Positions 18,930-29,400 of a stretch of 64,000 nucleotides of DNA are shown piece by piece. The stretch is from a virus. A program made the position numbers and the translations under genes. The stretch lies in IMG/VR virus record IMGVR_UViG_3300029319_009496, positions 17,705 to 81,704 of that record; one strand, given 5' to 3'. The notes beneath the pieces were generated by a model. That model was not told where the DNA came from. It worked only from the letters and a program-made list of their open reading frames with translations, and ran no database searches. The stretch's first letter is position 1, and each line of letters starts with the position of its first letter.

Positions 18930-20444
18930 ATGGCATCAAATATTAAAATAAGCGCAACTTCAACTTATGTTGCTCCAGGAAAACCAACTCTATATACTTT
19001 TCATGTTATTAAAGATGGGCAAAATCAAGGCCCTCCATATATGACAGTAAGCCCAGAGGATGCAAAATCATGGTTTAATGATAAGAAAAAAGAAGTTTTA
19101 GCACAAGATCCTAATGCGCAATTAAATGATAGTCCGCTAAGCTCTAGTGATCCTTTCACTGATCAATCATTTATTGATACAGCTGAAGATGTTTCCGCCG
19201 GCGGATTTGAAGAAGTTGCTAGTAGAGATGCCCGAATGGCTGCAATGGACATCGATGGCGATGGTTTAGATGATATGGATTCTCCACCAGACCTAGAAGA
19301 GCGTGCCTTAACAGGACAGGAGTTATTAAAAAAATATCCTGAAGTAGCTAATGCTCCAGGCCCAAATGCATTATCATCTTTAGGTGGAAAAATTAGTCAA
19401 AAAGCACAAGATTACAATACTCTAGATAGAAACAAGAAAAAAGTAATTGATGGTGTAACTCACGCTGATAAACATAAATTAAATTTATGTGGTGTTTTTA
19501 ATGCACCCAGGGTACAGACACGAGTTATTCCAAAAAAATGTGGGTCTGAAAATTGGGCCTTAGAGGGTGTTGATAATAATGCTTTTATTGTTGTAGGGAA
19601 CGATCGTCCATTTTTACCTCATACTGGATATGGTGGAAAAGCTCATACGCAATGTGATAGTATTGATATTATTGTTGGTATGGGAGGCCACAACCCCATT
19701 AGAGAAATACAGGTTCCAGTTGAAGCAACTAGCGATACACAAACAACTTTTCAAACAAAAGAAATTGAAACAAATCCTAACTTTTTTCTTGACGCGGCAA
19801 GGATATACATATCTCAAAAAACTGACGTTGATAAAAATTTTGGTATAGGTGAATTTGGAAGATCTAGAGATTACCCTCCAAAGATAGATTATACAGATGA
19901 AGAAAATATAGGTAAATATGGTGGAAAATCAGCTGTTGCAGCAAAGGCTGACAACATTAGGCTAATAGGTAGAGAAAGCATAAGATTAGTTACGGGAACA
20001 GATGAAATTAATTCAAAAGGTGGTAGAGTTTTAGGTAAGCATGGCATTGAATTGGTAGCAATGAATAAAGTTGAAGATCTTCAGCCTTTAGTTTTAGGAA
20101 ATAATTTAGAATTAGCTTTAAATGCAATTGTTGATAATATCATAGCTTTAGCTAAAATATTTGAAGCTTTTGTGCATTATCAAATGAAATATAATAGAGC
20201 ATTACAAAAACACAAACATAAAACCCAATTTTATGGTTTAGATTCTTTGCCATCTTCTGAAGCAATTACTGGTGGGATTCAATGTGACGTAGAGACTGTT
20301 ATGAATACAGAAACATCTATTGTAAAACATATAACAAACTTACAAGGTTTGATAATAAATTTCTTGTCTCCTGCAAATGCTGGCGGAAAGAAACCTAGCC
20401 CACCCCCTACTTATATTTTAAGTAAACATAATAAAACTACATAA
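18930..20444 (+). CDS. Putative baseplate central spike (gp5/gpV-like)
   Basis: Beta-strand repeats (ARIYIS, KADNIRLIGRESIRLVTG), QPLVLG, HKH motif near the C-terminus, position upstream of gp25. Confidence 0.5.
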   Translation: MASNIKISATSTYVAPGKPTLYTFHVIKDGQNQGPPYMTVSPEDAKSWFNDKKKEVLAQDPNAQLNDSPLSSSDPFTDQSFIDTAEDVSAGGFEEVASRDARMAAMDIDGDGLDDMDSPPDLEERALTGQELLKKYPEVANAPGPNALSSLGGKISQKAQDYNTLDRNKKKVIDGVTHADKHKLNLCGVFNAPRVQTRVIPKKCGSENWALEGVDNNAFIVVGNDRPFLPHTGYGGKAHTQCDSIDIIVGMGGHNPIREIQVPVEATSDTQTTFQTKEIETNPNFFLDAARIYISQKTDVDKNFGIGEFGRSRDYPPKIDYTDEENIGKYGGKSAVAAKADNIRLIGRESIRLVTGTDEINSKGGRVLGKHGIELVAMNKVEDLQPLVLGNNLELALNAIVDNIIALAKIFEAFVHYQMKYNRALQKHKHKTQFYGLDSLPSSEAITGGIQCDVETVMNTETSIVKHITNLQGLIINFLSPANAGGKKPSPPPTYILSKHNKTT

Positions 20445-20455
20445 GCAGAAATAAT

Positions 20456-23400
20456 ATGTCTAAAAAACAAAAATGGGAAATATTTCAAGAAAAATGTTCT
20501 GATTTATATGATCGTCTTATCTTGTATGATAATTGGTTTGCCGTCAATTGGTATCCAGTTTTTGGTATTGATAATTTTGGATCTATTATCGCCGCGACGC
20601 CACCTCCTCTACCGTCAAATCCATCAAACTTAGACTTAGTGCAACAAAGCTATTATAATGAAGCAGAGGTTTTAGCTAAAAGACTAAATTTTTTGGTTAC
20701 AAACTATTTTCATGTTACTTATGACGCTGCAGGACAAAATATTAGTCCTCCAGGGTGGGAGTCAATTATCTATTCTGACAACTGGATAGAAGAAGACTTC
20801 TTTTTAAACTACCAAGATACTGGGGGTCGTTTTTTCTGGACGAAAGATAAATTTCCAATTGAAGCAGATGGTAATCAAAATTATGAAGATATTTTAGGAG
20901 ATGATAGTGTATGGCATACAGAAGTTGGAGGGCCAATCGCAAATAGTTTATTAGAAGATATAAAGGTAATATTAGAAAATAAACTTGTAGATGCTCCACA
21001 AGAGTTTTATGAGAAATTTTTTGTTGGTTCAGATTGGTGGCCAGGCACAGAATCAGATTTTTTAAATTTTTCTAATCAGCCTCCGCCTGATATATCTTTG
21101 CGCTTGGAAGATGTTTTAACAGCATCAGCACAATATTTAGCAGAACTTGGTCAATATGGCTTTACAACTAAAATTGATATAGAGCCTGCGTCTGATACAA
21201 CTGGCTTAGGTCCTGCAATAATTCCAGCAGATTCAAAATTAGAAGCGCAAATATCTTCTACTCTAACAGCTAATTCGACTCATTATATTGGTTTTGCGCT
21301 CGATCCTGGTAGAGGTGTGCAGAAAGATCAATATTTTGTACCTATCAGGTACTCGCCATTTGATGATCCTAATATTCAAGACGTAACACAAATGACTTGG
21401 GACAATGAAGACTATTCATTAATAAATGGTCGAGGAGAAGTTGAGGATGTCGCTACAACTGATCAATATGATTACGGTGGTGTGCAGCTTCCTTTTGGCT
21501 TAGGAGTTATTGTAACAGAAATAGTTCAAGGAAAATCTGGTGTGTGGGTAGGTTTTGTTGTTGATCAACAAGATCAAAGATTAAACGAGAATCCTGTTAT
21601 TGGAAATGTTCGAACTTATGAAGACAGAATTCAAGATGCTACAGATAATTACACTAAAATTTTATATACTAGACCTGAATTTCTAAGAGCAAAAGAAAGC
21701 ACTGTAAGAAATAATCCAGACCCATACATTTCTTATGTTGAAGATTTATCAGCCGAAAGCGATGCAAGTGTATCACATTCTGCAGCACTTAGTTTAATAA
21801 AAGCCAATTTGCCGCCCGGGCTAGAGCCGATAGATCCTGCTAATAATAGAAATTGGCTAAAGATGATTCCTGGTGAAGTCATAATGGATATTTTTGATTT
21901 TCAAGCTTATAATCAAGGTCTTAAAGAGATAGAAAGTCGACCTGAAAATCAAAAAATAGATTATGCAACAATAATTGACACACCAAATTTAAGATATTCT
22001 ACTGGTTATTTTTATTTTATAGTTGGTGAATCTTCAGTTAGTACCAGCGAGCCAGGCGTAGAAAGTGATGCTTCAGCAGGAATACCGCCGGCCAGTCAAG
22101 AATCTATAACAGAGGCTAAAGATAAAGCCTGGGAATCTTTAATAAGATACTTTAATAAAGACACAGATCTTGCAAATAAAAAATTATATGAAAAACTTTA
22201 TAAGGATTATTTTGTTGTTGTTGATGTGCGTGTAAATACTGAAAGCACCAGCCCCAACAATCAAAAAGTGTTGTTTGCCATAAGATCAGATTATATTGAC
22301 GCGCTTCCAGATTCAAAAAAACATTATTTGCAAAATTTTGATTCAGATAGTGAATTTGCAAATGGAAGAGATTATATGGTTACTTTCTATGCAGAAGAAT
22401 TTGCAACGTCAATGACTGAAATTGCAGATTATTTGTACACCATAAAAGAGATATTTGATGAGGCTGGAACAGATTTAATTGTTAAAGATGCTAATGATAA
22501 TGAATTTAATATGGACATAATCAATGGATTTTTTAATGCAAATGATACCTCTTCTGTAAGCGTTGGTGATTTTACAACACTAATATCAGATTTTCTTAGA
22601 AAGCAAACATTCCCTAGATCATCACAAAACAATATCTTATCAAAACTAATAAAACAAGCAGCTGACGCTATGGTGGCTCAAGATACTGGCGATGATGAAG
22701 CTACACCTGGCGGAGGGCCAGGATCTAGACACTTAATACAAATAGGCATTAGAGATAATGGTAAAATTGGCGCTGGAGTAAGAAAAACTATTTCTTATAT
22801 ATTATTTTCACCAGACCCTCTAGCATTGATTGATGCAGAGGATAAATCACAAGTCTTTGATCAAATGTTTTATTTTGATCCGTATGTGTCAAATGAGGAG
22901 CTGCAAAATAAAGATCAGGGAGGAGTTCGACGTAGTGCCATACCATTGGTAATTGGCATTGATAATCTCAGAGAAAATTTTTCTGGTGTGTATGGTTCCA
23001 TGGCTTTACATTATTTATATTCTTATTCAGGTATGATAGAATTTTTTGAGCGCGTCGGGCTTGATGGAGTTGGCTTAGGTGCTAAATTTGCAGACGATAC
23101 CTTAACTGAAGAATTTGAGTCCGTCGATCCTAGCTCTTATGATAGCACACGAAAACGTGTTGATATGGTAGAGTTACAGAAAATTTTATCATTTTCTGTT
23201 CCTCCTTTAAGAGTTCATATATCTAAACAGCCAGAAACAGAAAAAACAGAACAAATTAATTGTCAAGAAATTATTGATCAATTAAACAGTTCTAGCAATG
23301 TGTCTGGTATTGAAGAACTTGAGTTGATGGAAAGGCTATACAATAGTCCAAAATGCAGAGAGTTTTATTTTAATAAATTCAGTAGAACAACACCCGCCAC

Positions 23401-26400
23401 AGATCCAGAAGCAACAAAAAGATCATTAGAGAACAAAGCTAGAAAATCTGATGAGGCTGCATTTTTGTCTGATGATGTTTTTCTAGGTTTCAAAAATTTC
23501 TATCAACAAGTTTTATTTAATATGGATATGGACGCAATTATAGCTTTGCTATTAGCGTGTATACAAAGTAAATTAGGTATACCATTAACAGCTGAAGCTA
23601 TTTGTGAAGCAGCTATACTAGAACTTATTAAAAACATAGGTATTGATAAAGCCATGGCTATATTAATAACTAATGCACAACAAGATCCGGAAAGATACGC
23701 CGCCTTATTAAATGAACTAGAAGAAAATAATGACAACATATATTCCTCATTAAACCAATCGGCATCAAATGTTAGGCCTAGTTATGCGAGCGCACCGATC
23801 GCGACATGGATGGCTATTGATGGTAGTTATGAAGCTAGCACAATCGCTGCTGTTAGACAATTAGAATTGGGTGGCACAACGATTCAACTTGAACCTGGCC
23901 TGCGACCAGCTGGCGCTTCGGCCCCAACGACTTTATATTCTTCTGGAACAGATGAATTGTATGCATCAGATGGTATTGTAAATCCAATACTAGAAGCAGC
24001 TTACCCTAGTGGTCAATTTTCCTCTGGAGAAACCTATACATATTCTGAAATCGAAGCAGAAAGAGAAAGATTAAAACAATTAGGTTATTCGTCATCAGAA
24101 ATTGACGCACTTCTAGTAAACAGAGGATTTTTACGTCCTGTCGCTACTCAATATGAAAGTGTTTTATATGGAGGTGGCGTACTTGATCCGCTAATAGATG
24201 CTACAAATAGTATTACAGATGGTAGGTTTGGTAATGCTGTCGCCGGCGCTAATCAGTTACGAAATATCGGCGCCACCTTAAAAGATGCTAAAAGTTGGCT
24301 TAACTATATAAAAGGCATAATTAACTTACAAGAAATATGTGAATTGTTGGTGGGTTCACTTCTAGATGGCTTAGAAGATTTATTAAAAGATCCAGCTGCA
24401 TTTTTAACTGGAGGACTAGACGACTGGTTTGATGATTTTATTGAAAATTTAAAAAGAAGATTTTCTTTTCCCGAGCCTTCTTTTAAATTTCCAGATAAAT
24501 TAAAAACTGATGATCATATTGGTGATTATGGTAAAAAATTACTTCAATTAGTTTTATCAATGATAGCAACAATTTTAGGTCAGATATTAAATTTATTAAT
24601 AAAAAGAGCGTTAGAAAATTGTATAGAAGAAGCCGATGAAAATCAAGGGGCTGCTAATGATCCAGTCACAGTTAATTCTTTACCAACTATTGAAATTCCT
24701 AATTTACGCTCAATGGCTCCGGTCGCAGGCTTAGACTTTCCAATTTTAAAAGATATGATAGATGACTTACTTGATAATTTAAAATTAGGTCAATTGTGTG
24801 CTCTTTTAAGAGGAGAAGCATCAAAGCAAACTTTGTATAATATTTTTGAAAGAATTAAAACTCATCAAGAAAATAAAACACAAAAAACGTATGAGTCACT
24901 TCTAGCACAAGGATTAAGCGAAGATGAAGCGTATGAAAACGCGAGACAGCATGCTAGATCAACAATAGAATCTTGGACAGATGTTCAAGCTATGTTTATA
25001 CAGATCGGTTCGAACATGGATTTAGATTTTTGTAATTTTCTTACACCTACAACTTCATTTTTTACTGATATATGTAATATTTTTTATGATGCAGATGGAA
25101 AAGTTTCAGCCTTGGAAGATCAAGGAATTCCAAAAGAACAAGCACAAGACCAAGTCAATAAAGATTTGCAATCTTTAAAGAATGAAATAATTGACTTGGC
25201 CCCAGCTCTTTTTCCTGGTAACGGCGGACTTTCAAATATTCTTAGTGCTGTTCCTGATATATGTGAAATACCTGGAGCTTTTCAGGTACCTCCCGGTGTA
25301 GAAAATTCTATGAATCTCATAACCGATAATATTTTGGACGTTGCAAAAATTGCCTTAGTGCAGGATATGAGTTCTTTGAAATTTTTCTCTGTACCGCCAC
25401 GTGCAGTTTTAACAGCAACAGATCCTATGAAAATGAGAGAGGCTACAGAGTTATTTCAAGAAGCAATTAGACGACCGTATCAAAAACAATGCATTGCTTG
25501 GATTGGACCTCATCGAGCTGGCTATTTTAACAGCACACCAAATTCAATCAAAGAGCATATAAAGTCCTATAAACTAACTTATGGCGCAAAACCAGAAGTA
25601 CCAACTTTAGAGATGGATCAAAGAGTAGCGTATGGTGGCTTTTTAAAAGACGCTAAAACACAAACACCAAATAATGAAGCTAAATTAATAAAAGATTATT
25701 ATCTTAACGATAACGAATTACATGATTATTTGCAAGACTTTACTAGCACTGAAAGAGAAAATAACTTTTTTAAGCCTCTAACTATCTCTGTCGCTATAAA
25801 TGATCCACAATTATATACTTTTAATCCAGAAATTTTTAATCTTGCTAGAGAAATTTTTATAGCAGCTAATCCAGATTTATCTCCACCTGAGTCTGTTGAA
25901 GAGCTTATTAGTGAGCCTTTTTCAAACAATGATAATCTAATTAATTCTATTATTGCACAATCACGAAGAGACATAAAACCACCTTATGCTCACTTATTAG
26001 TTTATGATATTAATCAATTATTTAAAAGATCAAAAACCTATAATCAAGGCTTGGCTTGGCCAAGATTAGATATTGCTGATGATGAAAATGTTTCTAGTGG
26101 GGAATATGTAGATCAGAATTCATATGATGACGGCGCCGTCGAAACCAAGCGTTTTGGTTATTTGCGAAAAGATTATTCACTGGATACTGTATTAAAAGAC
26201 ATAACTCCAAAAGAAGATCGTTGGAAAGCGATGTTTGAATATTATACTGGTTTCGACGCTGACGAAATTACTTTTAAAGTCAGAGATAATCCAGGTATTG
26301 GTACTGGAGACAGATTACATGGTGATATTGAAGATATTAGTGGCCTGATAGAGAACACATATCCCTATGAAGAAAAAGACTTTGTTGTTGCAATTAATGA

Positions 26401-29400
26401 TGTCATTTCATCTAATTTAGCTATCATTGAAAATGAAGGCGGGGCGCTGCAGGGTGAAGATATTAGTATTACGGAGCAAGTACAAGAACAAATTGGAGAA
26501 AATGAAGATACTGGAGAACCAATATTTCAAACTGTGACGGTAACAAAGGCACAATTGTCAAATTCAGATTTACATAACTTAGCTTTATTTTCTAGATCGC
26601 CAGGGCTATATTCACTGCGTAATATAATGAACAGAATACTTCGTGCAAGTGATTCTGATGCTAATTTAAATATGTTTGAAACAAATGCTAATGACACAAA
26701 TATTCATTTAAGAGCTTTTATGGAATTAACAGTCGGTGAGGCAATAGGTTTAACTCAGGAAAGATTAAATATTTTAACACCAAATTGGACCACGCCAATT
26801 GAAGCAATTGATGGTGTTATTTTTCAAAATGTACAAGGTCGTTTATATCCTGCTTATGTTGTATACAAAGAAACATTTATAGATCCTGCAGGCCCACTAT
26901 CTTTAGATAATCCACAAAAAATGATAGAATATTTTTCTGGAGATGAAGATCCTGTCAATGATGCGTTAGTAAATTATTTATCTGATACATCTAATTTTCC
27001 ACAATCTTTAGGCTTTGAAGATGCATCCTCGCCATATTCAAACGACGAACAAGAGTTTGATAAATTAGAACAGTATATAAATTATAACCCTAACACTCTA
27101 AGATACGAAATACCTAAATCTATGACTGTGGGTCCATCACTGGGCGCTAGCGCTACTAATCCTGCCTTAAGTCCTCATACTGCAGAATTATTAAATAGTT
27201 CTGTTGGAATATCAGCTGTATATGATTATTTTAGTCCAGCTAACTTAGAATATGGTGGTAGCGAGTCAGTTAATTCATTAATAACAAGCTTGGTATTAGA
27301 AAACAAATCAGATAGTTTAATATATCAAAACATTCCTGAAATTGATAGAAGAAATTATTTAGATCAATTAGACTCTTTTAAAGACACATATAGAGTGCTT
27401 AAAGGAAAATTGACTGAAAGAGAAGGCTTTAATGTACCACCTGGAATTTTAAAAGATGATACATCAGTTGAATTAGAGCAGTTTGATTTTAATTTTTTGA
27501 CTGAGGCTAGTGATGAAATACAAAATTTATTATCAGTAATTTATGGATATGATGAAAATAATCAACAGGAAGATTTTAATATAGCAAGAGCAGTTCAAAA
27601 AGATCTTGGTAGATTAAAATATCTTACCGAAGGTAAAAATGCGGTTGATATACCTCAAGAAATTAAAGATGAGCTATATGCTGTTCCCGACGTCGGATAT
27701 AAAAAATTAAAATTTAATAGATTTAATAACCCTGAACTTGGCAGTAAGTCGACCTACAAACTTGATCCTTATAATTTTAAAGCTTTGGTTTTTGGCAAAT
27801 TTTTGACTTATAAATTTAAGCAAATGTTTGACAGGTATAAATCATTTGAAAATACTACCGATTCTAGTGGAGGACATCTTCCAAAAACTCTACTACATAA
27901 TGATGAAAAACTTCAATATATTTTAACAACTTATGGATTTTCATCTTTACAGTTTGCATATAGTAATCAAATGTTTGCAAAATTAAGAAGATCTAGACTT
28001 CAAGATAGAAGTTTTATGAAAAAATTGTGGGATAAAGTACTTCAGTCCCCGCTTGGCTCTTCTGTTAACCCCGCCTGTAGAGATATAATAGAACAAATAG
28101 GCGTACAAAGCAGAGATGATATTGAAAATTTAGAGACTGATTTTTTTGATCTTGATGAAGTAAAAAGAGAAATATTAGATTATTATAAAAAATCTTTGTG
28201 CAGAGATGTCTATGAGGGTGTGCCTGAAGATCAAAATGCAACCAGAATCGCTTTATTACACGGTGTAATAAAATTATTAATAAAAATCTACACCTTAGAA
28301 ATGTGTTTTGCAAGTATAATAGCATGGGATAGTTTTGATATCGAAGATATTTTTAAGACTGATTTGATGACTAATATTATTATTAATAATATGGCTAAAG
28401 AAGCGAGAAAAGAACGAATTTCTAGTTTTGCCACCGAAATATTGAAAAGAGATTTAAATATTAAAACTGATAATCAATTAGCAGATATGCTAAAAAATAA
28501 AAGTGCACTTGCATATCTTGTTTCAGATGCATCACGAAAAATATCATCAATAGTTAAAAACATGTTCAACAATAGTAATCCTTTACGTACTGGATTACAA
28601 TTAGATATTTTAAAAAATTCTGATGAAGAATTTATTACTGAATACGGAAAAAAGATCGCTCCCGTACAAGTAATTCATAATTCATCAATAACTTCATCCC
28701 AAGATCCTCTACTTTATAATTCTATTTATTTAAATTCAGGATATGAATATGTTGTCGATGCTAGATTAAAAGATAATATTTACACAATGAATTATGGTGC
28801 TGGAGAAAGACAAGATCTTATTAGACCAAGAGGTTATCGATATAATATATATAATATATCCGATAATGGTGCAGGCGACATAGCGTCAAAGCATCTTAAC
28901 GTTTATGGATTTAATGAATCAGCAAATGAAAAAGGATATAATTCAAAACACTTCTTACACTCTTTACCATATAATTATTTTGAAGCTGGCGCTCATTGGA
29001 GCATAAGCTCTCCAGAACTTGAAAATGAGGATACAGTTGTAATACTAAATGACGAAAATTATTTTAATCCTGACATTCCAGTTGTGACCACACTCGGATT
29101 AGAGCCGGCAAGAATTTATTCCTACTCATATAGTTTTATTTATGGCACACATCCTCTCCATTTGCACGCTGACCAGACTGGAAGTGCTCCTGAACTACCA
29201 TATAGTACAAAAGTAAAACATTATGCTTATAGGGCCCTGTCAGGCTTAACACCAGAAGATACTCCTGATTTAGCAGAAGATTATGAATCTTTTATAAAAA
29301 CAAATGATCTAATGGCAAGCTATCTTGGAAGGGCAGACGCATTTAATAAAGAAAATTATCAACATACACAATTTGGAAATGCCTATAATGGCGCTCTAGG

